Source of the DNA: Octopus sinensis
Taxonomy: Eukaryota
Length of the DNA stretch: 64,000 nucleotides
NCBI RefSeq assembly: GCF_006345805.1
Contig: NC_043016.1
Coordinates: 1-64,000, forward strand
Reading direction: 5' to 3'
Positions 40,341 to 53,539 of the stretch are shown here, piece after piece (positions within the stretch are counted from its first letter, which is position 1; each line of letters starts with the position of its first letter). The notes below the pieces were generated by a model. The model saw nothing but the letters and a program-made list of their open reading frames with translations. It searched no databases and was not told where the DNA came from. The translations under genes were made by a program, and so were the position numbers.

Positions 40341-41164
40341 CTGAATTAATTGTTTGTTTGCAATAGCAATTACTAACTAGTTTATTTTATTAGATTACAA
40401 AAGACTTATTCTTCAACTACCAAGTGAAGAGTGTGTTAGCTTAGTAGATTCCTGTTATTAGAGAACAAGCCAGTATTAGAAGCATGAGACAGAAAGAATC
40501 CTATTGAGAATTCAGCATATATCACAGGCTTGGCTCTCCAACCACTTAGAATTCACTTAACAATCTTCAAGAATTATATATTGCTATCAGTGCTAGTGCC
40601 TCTGGTGTTGCTATCTGATTGCTTAATCAACAACAAATAACCACCAAATTTTTCTTCAAATAACTTTCTACTATCTCAAAAAGAAAAAATAAACAGGAGT
40701 AGGCACAGTAAAATAATGGAATTCTTGACACATTCATTACCGTATTCCTATTAAAACAGACTGCTTTTGTTTTGGCTAATTTTGAGAATAATGAAGAATT
40801 TAGTAAAATAACTTTGTTGTCATTAAGCTGGTTCTTTAGAAAGTTTTAATTTAGATCACTTTAAAATGGGCAAATTTATCTCATAGAACTGGGTTGGAGT
40901 TAGAGTTGGAGAACAGGCAGGTTAGGTATCAAATGGGTTAAGGGTTAATTTAGTCCATAGTCTGTTGCTCACTGCTCAGTACATCAGCTTATTTGTATCC
41001 ACCATGTCCAGCCTCTTTAGTTTTTGTGAACAGTCTCAATGAAAAGGAAGGAAAACTAAAATGGTTGCTATTCCCTAACTCGGCTCTTCTCTTTTTATCC
41101 AGACTTAGTATTTCAGCTGGCATCCTAATGAGAATGAGAATAACCAAGTTGAGGTTAGTTAGTT

Positions 41165-41480
41165 CTGAGAGAGCAAGAAAGAGAGAGGGAGGGAGAGGGA
41201 GAGGAAGAGAGAGCAAGACAGTGAGAGAAAAAGAGATAGAATAAGAGAGGAAGAGACAGGAAGAGAAAGACAGATAGAGCAAAGGAGAGAGAAATAGAGG
41301 GAGGAAGGAAGAGAAAGAGAAAGAGAGCAAAAAAGAGACAGAGCAAGGGGAGAAAGAAAGAGAGACAGAGTAAGAGATGGAGAGAGAGAGATAGAGCAAG
41401 GAAGGGAGAGGGAGAGAAATAAAGAGAGATAGAGCAAGGGAAGAGAGAGAAAGAAAGACAGATGGAAAGAGAGAGGGGGG
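41165..41480. repeat. GA-rich low-complexity tract
   Basis: Nearly pure purine with (GA)n and agagcaagg motifs. Confidence 0.95.
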
Positions 41481-42719
41481 CAAGAAATCAACTTAGTATT
41501 TGAGTGGTTCTTTAGTTTATCACTCCCTCCTATCCTCACTCACCCCAAAAAAGATGAAAGACTAAGTCAACCTCTGTGGGTTTTGAACTCAGAGTGCAAA
41601 GAGATGGAACAAATGCTTTACAGCATTTGTCCAACGCCCTAATGATTCTGTCAACAGATCAATCACCCTTTTGATATCTCTAAAAAAGAAAAAACACAGA
41701 ATGACTTTGATCATAATTCTGCTCAGTCAAGGCTGATGGGGGATTAATGAGTAATCGAAAACCTCTTTTCTTTTTAATCCTTTTTGTTTTTTTACGCCTT
41801 TCAGTTACTGGACTGTGGCCATGCTGGAGCACTGCTTTGAAGAATTTCAGTTGAATGAATCGACCCTAGGACTTATTTTTCTTTTTAAGCCTCGTACTCA
41901 TTAGTCAGAGGCATATGGCTTAGTAGTTAGGGGGTTGGACTCATGATCGTAAGATTGTGATTTCAATTCCTGGACTGGGTGATGCATTGTGTTCTTGAGC
42001 AAAACACTTCATTTCACTTAGCCCCAGTCCACTCAGCTGGCAAAAATGAGTAAACCTGCAATGGACTGGGGTCCCATTTAGGTGAGGAATTTATTCACCA
42101 TGAAACAGGAAAACTGGCCCTTATAAGTCGACATGACTCAAGAAAGTAACCTTTATTTGCTTTGCTTATTCTATTGGCGCCTTTTACTAAACTGCTAGGT
42201 TATGAGGATGTAAACAAACCAACACCAGCTGTCAAGTGGTGGGACAGATAAACACACACAGGCACACACACACACACAGGCACACACACACACACAGGCA
42301 CACATACACACACATGCCACAGAACCTCTCAAAACTACACACCAATATCTAAGCCTTATCTAAGCTTAATAAGATTATCTATAAAGAAAAAGCAGTACTG
42401 ATGTATGTGATCTTTGCAAACTATGAACCCACAAACAATTTCTACCTTATGACAAAGAAGTACAAACCATAATAACTAGACTAAGATATAAGAAATTCAC
42501 AATCAAACATAATAAATGTGTATGCCCATCATCAGCTGCCAAACGAGTATCACTATAATATTGACACCTGAGCTGCATCATTCAATCTGGCAGTGTCAAC
42601 TGTATTAAAAATATAAATGCTGCCTGGGTGTATACACACAAGCAATGAAATCGATGAGAGTGACCATCATACATGAAACAAAGCTTCATAAAAAATATAC
42701 ATACATATATATATATGTG

Positions 42720-42890
42720 TTAGCCACTACACACATTTTTTTCTCTCCTTGTTTTTTTCTGTGTCCCTTTCCGTAGAAGAGTGTAGGCTCGAAATGTAAA
42801 AGACATTTTCTATTCCTGAGCATTATACCAATACATCTGTTTGTTTTGTACACCATCTGTCTTCATCTTTTGTTTTTTTTGTAAACTCTC
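42720..42890 (+). mobile_element. Hammerhead-like (TA)n-flanked element, copy 2 (diverged)
   Basis: CCCTTT-CCGTAGA-A-GAGT-GTAG-GCTC-GAAAT-GT-A-AAAGA at 42765-42803. Confidence 0.6.
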
Positions 42891-42967
42891 CCTACATACA
42901 TACATATATACATACATACATACATACATACACATGTATATATCAACATGGGGAGCATATGTATATA

Positions 42968-44930
42968 TCAACTGTGGAGCATTAAAAAAAAATCTTTTGG
43001 TTGTCTTGCTTTTTACAATTAGTCCTCCCTGATTTTATGGTGTTGGCTTCAGAAATGCCCCTAGAAATTTTCTATCATGTCAAGTTTTTTGTTAAATAGG
43101 AATTAATTTTTTTTTCTTTACAAAAAAAATGTCAATTTTATTATTAAATGCAATACTGAAATAATAAGGTGGCAAGCTAGCAGAAATGTTAGCACACCGG
43201 GCCAAATGCTTAGCGGTATTTCATCTGCCATTACGTTCTGAGTTCAAATTCTGCCGAGGTCAACTTTGTCTTTCATCCTTTCGGGGTTGATTAAATAAGT
43301 ACCAGTTACGCACTGGTTTCGATATAATCGACTTAATCCGTTTGTCTGTCCTTGTTTGTCCTCTCTGTGTTTTGCCCCTTGGCTAAATAGGTATTTCATC
43401 TATCTTTACATTCTGGGATCAAATTCTACCGAGGTTGACTTTACCTTTCATCCTTTTGGGGTCAATAAATTAAGTACCAGTTGCATACTGGGGTCGATCT
43501 AATCGACTGGCCCCTACCCCACTCCCCCAAAAATTTCGGGCCTTGTGCCTAGAGTAAAAAAGAACACTGAAATAAGAAACTAACACAAACCAAACAGTAC
43601 TTATTATTGTTTAACCGATATATTACACAAAATGCTTAATTACTCGTCTTAGAATAGATATTTCTGTCAAACTGGCGTTTGAACTACACAAGGGATGAAC
43701 TTTCTTTTTGCTGCTTTAAGTGAATAAATTGCATCATAGGCGCAGGAGTGGCTGTGTGGTAAGTAGCTTGCTAACCAACCACATGGTTCCGGATTCAGTC
43801 CCACTGCGTGGCACCTTGGGTAAGTGTCTTCTGCTATAGCCCCGGGCCGACCAATGCCTTGTGAGTGGATTTGGTAGACGGAAACTGAAAGAAGCCTGTC
43901 GTATATATGTATATATATATATGTATGTGTGTGTCTGTGTTTGTCCCCCTTGCATTGCTTGACAACCGATGCTGGTGTGTTTACGTCCCCGTCACTTAGC
44001 GGTTCGGCAAAAGAGACCGATAGAATAAGTACTGGGCTTACAAAGAATAAGTCCTGGGGTCAATTTGCTCAACTAAAGGCGGTGCTCCAGCATGGCCGCA
44101 GTCAAATGACTGAAACAAGTAAAAGAGTAAAAGAGTAAGAGTATGTCAGTCTCTTTGCAGTGATCAACAATAGACAATATCATGTTGGTGTTTTACCTGC
44201 CTTGATACCTGGTCCCCATGTTCTCAATTGCTTTGGTGGAATCTTCTTTCTTGCTCATCACTATTGCTTTAGGATTTTCAAGGAAGTAGTCCAGATGACT
44301 GTACAGGAAATGCACATTTACACCCATGTTGCAGCCCAGTACTAGAAAACTGGTTAACAGGGTTTGCACAAAATCTTCATAATTGGATGGTTTCCTGTTT
44401 CTCAGGAAATCAGATTCAACTGCAACAAAAGCATTCCATGCTTCTTTTTCAATGCCAGATAGGGTTTCCAAAAACAGCTCGTCCTGCGATAGTCACCTAA
44501 TATGTGGCCCATCAAACACACCAACCTTATTTTTCTCACAAGACAAAGCTGAAAACTTTCTGCTTAAGTATTTGAAGCAGTCACTGTCTCAGTGTTTCAA
44601 CATGTTTTGCATACTATACAGGATGCCCAAGCTTTGTCTTGTCACCTAGTTTCATGTTAAAGTAAGGAAGTAAGGTAAGCTTTCTTCACAAAATCTGTAA
44701 TTGTGTTTCCTTGCTTAATCCAGAAACAAGTAGAAGGCATCAGGACTGTTTTTAAATTCTCTTCTCTTGCAACTGGCTATATTTCTGAAATACAAAACAT
44801 ATTCAAGCCAGTTGTCAGCTGAGAAAGCATTTTCAGAATAACCAACAGTTATAAAGTAAACAAATGCAGATTTGTGATGGCAAAGTTCCATAAAGAGCAT
44901 ACATACCATGAAGTTCATTTTAGTTCATTT
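42968..44930 (-). mobile_element. Degenerate Chapaev3-like (CMC) DNA transposon interrupted by SINEs B and C
   Basis: ASCKRREFKNSPDAF (N-terminal), GVFDGPHIR...EKEAWNAFVAV..FLRNRK..NY...LGCNMGVNVHFLYSHLDYF...MGTRYQGR, and AIYSLKAAKRKF across the SINE. Family assignment is from recalled motifs. Confidence 0.7.
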
Positions 44931-44949
44931 TACAATTCTTTGACTGTGC

Positions 44950-45758
44950 TTAATGAAATGTGACCTTGACCCATGTGACCTCACAATCGAAACATTAAGG
45001 GCACATTCAAAATATCAGTTTTCATAAGAAACAGTTAAAAGTTCAGCAAAAGTTCTTATCTAGTTTGCAATGATAGTCACACTAAATTAAGCAAAGTGTA
45101 GGCATATCTGCAGAGTGTGGCATATCTGTAGAGTGTGGCATATCTGCAGAGTGTGGCATATCTGTAGAGTGTGGCATATCTGCAGAGTGTGGCATATCTG
45201 TAGAGTGTGGCATATCTGCAGAGTGTGGCATATCTGTAGAGTGTGGCATATCTGTAGAGTGTGGCATATCTGTAGAGTGTGGCATATCTGCAGAGTGTGG
45301 CATATCTGTAGAGTGTGGCATATCTGCAGATAAATTCTGCAAATATGAGACTATGGTGTCAAGGGCCACAACAATATCTAATTGTATAAAGAACATTTAT
45401 GTGATCCTCATGATATTTGAAACTGGTTAGGTTGAAAATAGTAGAAGTTGCTCAAGTTTGATACTTTTTATTTACTAAAGATACTTAAATCATGACATTT
45501 GTTTTCACTTTTGTAGTTGTATTTACTTTAAATGACATTGAAAAATTATGTTTTCAAAGTTGTGGGTTCACATTTGATGAAGTCAAATCTATCCTTAGAA
45601 ATGGTGACAATACCAGAAATGTTGAAAATTGGACATCTGAGTTTGTGAAAAATCTTGACATGACAGAGCAAAATGGATTTCATTTTTGAAATCAGCATCC
45701 CTGAATTAGTAGGAAACACGTCTCCAACATCAGACAACAAAAACCCTGTTCCCCAGTG
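44950..45758 (+). mobile_element. Second, non-autonomous Chapaev3-like element in the opposite orientation
   Basis: KCRH.ADKFC-like N-terminal remnant. Subterminal cttgacatgacagag...tttttgaaatcagcatcc resembles the 3' end of the left element. Ends ...tgttccccagtg. Confidence 0.5.
45096..45330. repeat. 18-bp minisatellite, 13 units (GTGTGGCATATCTGYAGA)
   Basis: Counted directly. Units differ only at one C/T site, plus one extra A in the first unit. Confidence 0.97.
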
Positions 45759-46483
45759 TAATAATGAGTATGGAGACTTATACATTCACAAAATTTATTT
45801 TACAGTTATATACAGCATATTACAATGACTTCAGGGAACTTTTACAGTTCAGCATAGGACACATGGAATTACTCAATGGAAGAATTCACAGAGTGACTAA
45901 CAACTAATTGTAGGCACATCATTGAATATTGACTGTTGCATTTAGCCAGCATCCTTGACTGAGAGTTAATACAGTATCTGCCCAGATAATATATTCCTCC
46001 AAACTCACTTTTATACATGTGAATTCAATTCGTCTCCAGTTGAAAGACACCAGTTGTTATGTCCTGTTATTATTATTATTATTATTTTTATTGTATTTTG
46101 TATTTATATTTGTGTAACATTGTCTGTTTTTCCGCCCTTGTTTTCGTATACATTTGATGCTTTCTTTCAAGGAATCTAATGCTCTTAGCTTAGATTTTCC
46201 TTGGGGCTGGCCAGATTGGAGCAATCTCAAGATTAATCAGCCGAAATTGTGAAGATGATCTGGTTCTTGACTTAGGATAGAAAGCTTCGAATGACCCGTC
46301 CTTGTTTGTTTTTTTGTATCGTCTATCTGGATGTTTTGTTGTCCCTTTTTGTATCACCTAGTTGTCCAGATGTTTTGCGTTCTTGTCCCATGTTGTATTC
46401 CATATATGTATATAAAAAAATATATAAATATATGTATATATATATATATATAAAGAGAGAGAGAGAGAGCATTGGACATGTAC

Positions 46484-46847
46484 AGTCAACTTTCCATGGC
46501 CACCGCATTCGCCAGATATCACTCCTTTGGACTTCTTTTTATGGGGTTATGTAAAAGATATCGTGTATCAAAGAAAGATACAGGACATTGCTGACTTGAA
46601 GCAAAGGATTCGTAATGCCATTGCCACCATTGATGAGGCTATCCTACAGCGAACATGGCAAGAAATTGAGTACCATCTTGATGTGCTTCGTGCAACTAAT
46701 GGTGCCCATATAGAGGTCTATTAAATAACAGTTAAAAAAACTTTACTAAACAATTATTACAATAAAACAAATCTGGTTAAATCAAATCTTGCCAACTGCC
46801 TTTGCAATAAAATTTTAAAATTTTAAAGAGACTTTATGGACACCCTG
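46484..46847 (+). mobile_element. 3' fragment of a Tc1/mariner-superfamily transposon
   Basis: WPPHSPDITPLDFFLWGYVKDIVY...NGAHIEVY*, right TIR gactttatggacaccctg followed by TA. Confidence 0.88.
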
Positions 46848-46984
46848 TACAAATAAGAAAATGGAGAAACAAATTTAGTTTGTTCATCAACTTTCGGATA
46901 TTAAAATGTTGGATTATTTATTCATTCAACAAAATGAGAACATATATAGATATATATGTATATCTACATATATATATATGTATA

Positions 46985-47015
<31 letters not shown>

Positions 47016-47769
47016 GATAGGCTTCTTTCAGTTTCCCTCTACCATATTCACTCACAAAGCCACTCACAATTCAGCCCAAGGCTATTGTAGAAGACTATAC
47101 AGGTACAAGGTGCTGCACAGTGGGACTGAACTTGGAAACTTGTGGTTGTGAACAAGCAGGAGTGGCTGTGTGGTAAGTAGCTTGTTTACCAACCACATGG
47201 TTCCGGGCTCAGTCCCACTGCATGGCACCTCGGGCAAGTGTCTTCTACTATAGCCTCGGGCCGACCAAAGCCTTGTGAGTGGATTTGGTAGACGGAAACT
47301 GAAAGAAGCCCGTCGTATATATGTGTGTATATGTGTTTGTGTGTCTGTGTGTCCCCCCCTAGCATTGCTTGACAACCGGTGCTGGTGTGTTTATGTCTCC
47401 GTTACTTAGCGGTTCGGCAAAAGAGACCGATAGAATAAGTACTGGGCTTACAAAATAATAAGTCCCGGGATCGAGTTGCTCGATTAAAGGCGGTGCTCCA
47501 GCATGGCCGCAGTCAAATGACTGAAACGAGTAAAAGAGTAAAAGAGTAAGCATCTTAACCACACAGCTATACCTATGTCTATGTTAGAATTCCTTTCAGT
47601 TATTGTCAGTCTCTGCTTCTGAGAACCAAACAATCCAATACCTAGCAACCACTTGAATTGAATAATATCTGAATATATATTGAATAATATAGTCGTACAC
47701 TATATTGGTAACAAAGACTCCTATGGAACCAAATGACAGCAATTCCTGCTTTCTCGCTTATGCTTGCTC

Positions 47770-48610
47770 TCTTCTTTTACTTATTTTATCTTTCTTCTTC
47801 GCTCTTTCCCTCATTCTTTGCCACTCTTGTCTTCAACGTTTGCCTCTCTTTTCATTCTTTCTCTTCAGACTGTCTTCCTTACCTTCTTTCTTCCTCTCTT
47901 TCCCCAACTTTCTTCCTCTCTCTTTTCATCACCATCTCTCTCTCTCTCACTCTCTCTCCCTCCTCTATGCTTTACTCTCTACACCTCCCTCTCTTCCCCT
48001 CTCTCTTTCTGTTTTCCTCATTTTTTCCTCTCTCTCTCTCTTTATCTCTGTTCTCTACTCTCTTCTCCTCAATCTCTTTCTCTCTCTCTCTTTTCCTCAC
48101 TCTTTCCCATTCTCTCTTCATCACCGTCTTTTTTCTTTCTTTCCTTCTTTCTTTCTTACTTTCTTTCTTTCTTTCCTTCTTTCTTTCTTACTTTCTTTCT
48201 TTCTTTCTTTCTCATTCTTTTCCTCTCTCTTCATCTCTCTCTCTCTATCTCCATCTCTTTCTCTCTTCATCTCTCTCTATCTCTCTCTTCATCTCTCTCC
48301 CTATCTCTCTCTTCATTTCTCTCTCAATCTCTCTCTCTTCATCTCTCTGTCTTCATCTCTCTCTCTTCATCTCTCTCTCTTCATCTCTCTCTGTTTTCAT
48401 CTCTCTTTATCTCCATCTCTCTCTCTCTTCATCTCTTTCTCTCCATCTCTCTCTCTCTTCATCTCTTTCTTTTCATTTCCCTCTCTCTTCATCTCTCTCT
48501 ATCTCTCTCTTCATCTCTCTCTCTATCTCTCTCTTCATCTCTCTCTCTCCCTCTTCTTCTCTCTCTCCCCCCTCTCCCTCATTGTTTTCTTCCTTCATCT
48601 CTCATCTTCC
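47770..48610. repeat. About 840-bp CT-rich low-complexity tract
   Basis: (CT)n, (CTTT)n and (ctctctcttcat)n motifs. Source of the three 285-317 aa S/L/F-rich ORFs. Confidence 0.95.
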
Positions 48611-49440
48611 TCAAACAATGAACAAACCCGGAAACATTAAAATTCAGCAAATTAGTTTATTCAACTCGTTAATGAAGTCTCATTAATATGGATGTGTTGG
48701 AGGCAGTTCTGTAAGAAATATGGCCTTCTGCATAACTCCACATTGGCCTTCCACTCTTATCTCTATCTCTTACCGTTTATCTTTTACTTGTTTCAGTCAC
48801 TGGACTGTGGCCAAGCTGGGGCATCGCTTTGAAGGGTTTACTCAAACACATCAATCCCAGTTGTAATGTTTTTAAACCTGGTACTTATTCTATCACTCTC
48901 TTTTTGCTGAACTGCTAGGCTATGGGGACATAAACAAACTGTCACTGGTTGTCAAGTGGTGGTGGTGGTGGTATGAGCAGGACACCCACACACACACATG
49001 CACACACACATACGTGCACACACACACACACACACACAGATGTCCATACACACACACACACATACGTGCACACACACACACACGTGCGCACACACACAAA
49101 CACACACACACACACACAGATATATGTTGGTATTGGTCTGCATTGGCAAGACTTATACTATTTAATGAAATTGATTAAATGTGACAAAGTGTAGATTCAT
49201 TTACTGTCCACTGGATGGCTCCCTCTAGCTCGGAGCCATGCTTTATCAACAGAAAATTACAGCTGTGAACTCACTTTATTTGCCGGGTTTTCTCAGTCAC
49301 AGCATATCTCCAGAGGTCTCGGTCTTTTGTCATTGCATCTATACACACATGTATATTCATATATATATATATACACACATATACATATATACACACATAT
49401 ACATACATCTATATATATATAACACACACACATAATTATG

Positions 49441-49476
<36 letters not shown>

Positions 49477-49968
49477 CACATACATATATATATTATATAT
49501 ATATATATAATATATATATATATTATATATACATATACATATATACATATATATATACATATAATATATACACACACATATATATACACATATATATATA
49601 CATATGCATATATATATATACATATACATATATATACATATACATATACATATATATACGTGTATATATATATATATATATGTGCGGGTGGCACATAAAA
49701 AACACCATTTGAGCATGCCTGTTGCCAGTACTGCCTGACTGGCCCTTGTGCTGGTAGCACGTAAAAGTACCCACTACACTCTGGGAGTGGTTGGCATTAG
49801 GAAGGGCATCCAGCTGTAGAAACTCTGCCAGATCAAGATTGGAGCCTGGTGCAGCCATCTGGTTCGCCAGTCCTCAGTCAAATTGTCCAACCTGTGCCAG
49901 TATGGAAAGCGGATGTTAAACGATGATGATGATGATGATGATGATGAATTTATATATGAATATATATA

Positions 49969-50033
<65 letters not shown>

Positions 50034-50838
50034 TATTGTAATAATTAAGCATGGAACACGGACGTTAAAATGACGATGAATATATATGTATGCATGTATG
50101 TATATAAATACATACACACACACACACACACACATTTATAATTGCTGCTACAGATGAAGGGCAGGCCATGTAGTCCTCATGTGAGTCTGCCAGTGATAAT
50201 TACTGAAGAAGAACTGTCAACGTTGACCTACAACAGACAGTCAACAGCGATATTATAATTATCATGGTCAGTATAGTCATTACATCTATATTTGTCTCTG
50301 ATCCACTCAGGTTTGATAAAATACTACAATTGCTATTTTAAGGTTGATTCAGTTGAAAACCATTCTTTCCTAGTATGATTATCAAAGATAAATTATTCTA
50401 GCAGAATAAAAGCTCCAGCCTTTGCTATCATAATCACTCCATAGAATATGGAACAGTGTGTTATATGAGGCATCATATTACATGTACTACATATAGTATA
50501 TTCTTTTTTCTTTCTACTCTAGGCATAAGGCCCGGAATTTTGGCGGAGATTGGGTGCAGTCGATTAGGTCGACTCTAGTACGCAACTGGTACTTAATTTA
50601 TCGACCCTGAAAGTATGAAAGGAAAGGCAAAGTTGACCTCGGCAGAATTTGAACTCAGAACGTAAAGACAGACGAAATACTGCAAAGCATTTCTCCCAGC
50701 ATGCTAATGTTTCTGCTAGCTCGCCGCCTTCCTACATATAGTATATTACATATACTACGTATATTACCGTATTACTAAATTGGTATAATGGATATGTAAT
50801 GTAGATGATGATGGTGGTGATGACACTGATGATGGTGG

Positions 50839-50869
<31 letters not shown>

Positions 50870-50997
50870 AGTGGTGGTGGTGGTGGTGGTGGGGTGGTGG
50901 TGGTGGTGGTGGTGATGATGGTGATGATGATGACTTTAATCATAATGTTAGGTGTTGGTTGTTTAGCTAAATTTAATTTATATTACTTTTCCATGTA

Positions 50998-51030
<33 letters not shown>

Positions 51031-53539
51031 AAGGGAGAAGGAGAGGGAGAGAGAGACTGAGGCAGGGAGAGATTTTGTGTATTTAGGGGTATTTGTTGTT
51101 GTTTAACTCTGAGTAAACTTTAACCAAGTACACCTATAATTAAAATGTTTTCCAGGCCACATATGACAATCCCAACTCCTGTATTCCTGCATGGTGCATG
51201 TAAGAGACTAGCTTCTTAACTTCCACATACATCAGTAACATGGTTGAAAAAAGGCATGACTGTTACAACACATAAATCTATATTCAAAGTATAGATTCAT
51301 TTGCTGTCCATTGGATGGTTACCTCTAGCTCAGAGCCATGCTTTGTCAACAGAAAATTACAAATTCAATTTTTAGAAAAAAAAAAAAAAAGGAAAGGCGG
51401 AAAAAAGGGGGAAAAAAGAAGTAAAAAAAGAAGAGGAAATTCTAAAAATGAAATGAACCAGAAGTAATTCTTTTCCTTGTCTGCTACCTTGACCAATTAT
51501 TCTGTGTCACAAGTCTGCCAATTAGCTATTTATCATATTGCACTCAGATATTAACAAAGTCTTTCATAGTTCCACCTACTGCATTAACATACTCACCGTT
51601 TTATTTTGACTCTCTTTCCTTGCCGTTATTGATTTCTACTAGAAGCTTCTATTGCAGCAATGCAGCAGTAGCAGGAGTTGTAATAACCCCAGCAGTTCTT
51701 GTACTGTTCCTGCTTCTACATAGTGACAAATTGAGTGGTCTAAAAACCTTGACGATATAATCAAATTAAATAGCTTTTACAACAGTAAGGAAATGATGGA
51801 ATGAATTGTGGCCTTTGGCGGGGCGGGGCAGGGGTGGTGGATATAAATTAACAGTTAAAAGAAAAGTATAAATTAACAAATAAAAGGAATACAAGAATCA
51901 TCCTAATAATAAATACTGCTAGAAATAGAATACAGTGCATTATAAATTGAATATAAACTTCATTCATTATTATATACACTACATGTAGGATATACTACAT
52001 TATAACTATACCACATGTGATACAGTTGATGATGGTAGTTCGCTTGATTAGATTTACTTTATATTACTCTCCCCCTCCCCTCCCTCCCTCCCCCCTCTCC
52101 CTCTCCCTCTCCCTCTCCCTCTCCCCATCTCTTTCTGTTTGTCTTTCTCTCTCTGTGATATTTACATGTATTCGTATAGGTTCGTGGTTGTTTAGCCCTG
52201 AGACCTATAATCAAACGTCTTCAAGCCTGCCATGACCATCCAAACAGCATGTATATTCATGTTTGCATATTTAGGACTACATCATCCAATGAGTTCTTCC
52301 ATTTTTAAGAAGGCAATTCAGCAGCTATTTCTAACAAGTTGAGTGACCATGTAAAGGCCTCCTCATTAGCTTGTTATGTGTGTAATAATTGCATTTTCTT
52401 GTTCTTTTATCTCCATATATATCTCTGGAACTTTTAGGATGGTTGAATGACCTAAAGTGTTAGACTCAAGATGCATCTTTTGTCCCTCAACCAGATCCTG
52501 ATCCTAAACAAAGATGTGTGGTTCATAGCTAACTTCTAGCAGATATAAATATTTCTTATATTTATGGTGGTGTGGTGACATTCAGTCTTCTAATCAAATC
52601 AAGGCAGCTTATATTGCCACTTGTTTATCGGTTGCTTTGGCAACATGAAGGGTATCTGGCTGTAGAAAATTTACCTCAGCAGATTCTGTTCAACTCATGC
52701 AAGAATGGTAAAATGGATGCCATGATTGCTGATATCTCTTGACAGAAGTGTCATCATTTTTCTAACAAGTGATGGAATTTGAAATCAGAATGTTTAGCAT
52801 CAGAAGAGATACCACAAGGTATCCTGTCCATTTCAAAAATAATTCTCCTTATCCACCATCCCAAAATAGTACAAAGTTTATCAGTGCCAGAGGGATGAAA
52901 GACAAATTTGACTTGGTGCAGAGTTTGAACACAAAAAGCAGTGAATCAGAATGAAAACCAAAAGCATTCTAATCCAGCACTGTTATGAGCCTGCCTATAC
53001 ATCACATTTTATTTATAGGAATTACTGTTTTATATGAGTCACATAAGAAGCTGAAGCCGAGAGGCCCACCTGACACAATGCTGAATGGACATAAAGCTGA
53101 ACAGACAAGATGCCAGAAAGACATACAAAAATTAAAATATGATAATCATTTTATTCCTACAATAAGACCATTTGACCGACTAAAATGGTCATTAAACTAT
53201 GTAGATAGGTATATTTGTTTTTTAGTATCATCCAAGTGTGATCATTGCCAGAGCAGCTAACTGGCTTCTGTGCCAGTGGCATGTAAAAGCCACCATTCGA
53301 GTGTGATCATTACCAGTGTTGCCTTCTGTCTCATGTGCTGGTGGCATGTGTAAAAAGATTCGAGCGAGGTCGTTGCCAGTACCGCCTGACAGGCCCCCAT
53401 GCCGGTGGCACGTAAAAAGCACCCACTACACTCTCGGAGTGGTTGGCATTAGGAAGGGCATCCAGCTGTAGAAACTCTGCCAGATCAAGATTGGAGCCTG
53501 GTGCAGCCATCTGGCTTGCCAGTCCTCAGTCAAATAGTC

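Noticed and set aside
41000-41155. Exon-like segment (minus: MPAEILSLDKKRR...; plus: 41103-41153 with good splice sites)
   Set aside because: The strand is ambiguous, and the minus reading has no donor in phase with the 40340 exon
47705-48686. Three ORFs of 285-317 aa, the longest in the track apart from the 301-aa ORF at 1031
   Set aside because: Read-through of a CT tract that lacks G and therefore mostly lacks stop codons
50204-50250. CTGAAGA followed by a stem (also 1975 on the minus strand, 2239, 30524, 30600)
   Set aside because: No GAAA after stem II, so not hammerheads
51597-51750. Strong minus-strand donor G|gtgagt with an upstream acceptor
   Set aside because: All three frames are closed across the full exon; only a 39-nt version with a poor acceptor is open
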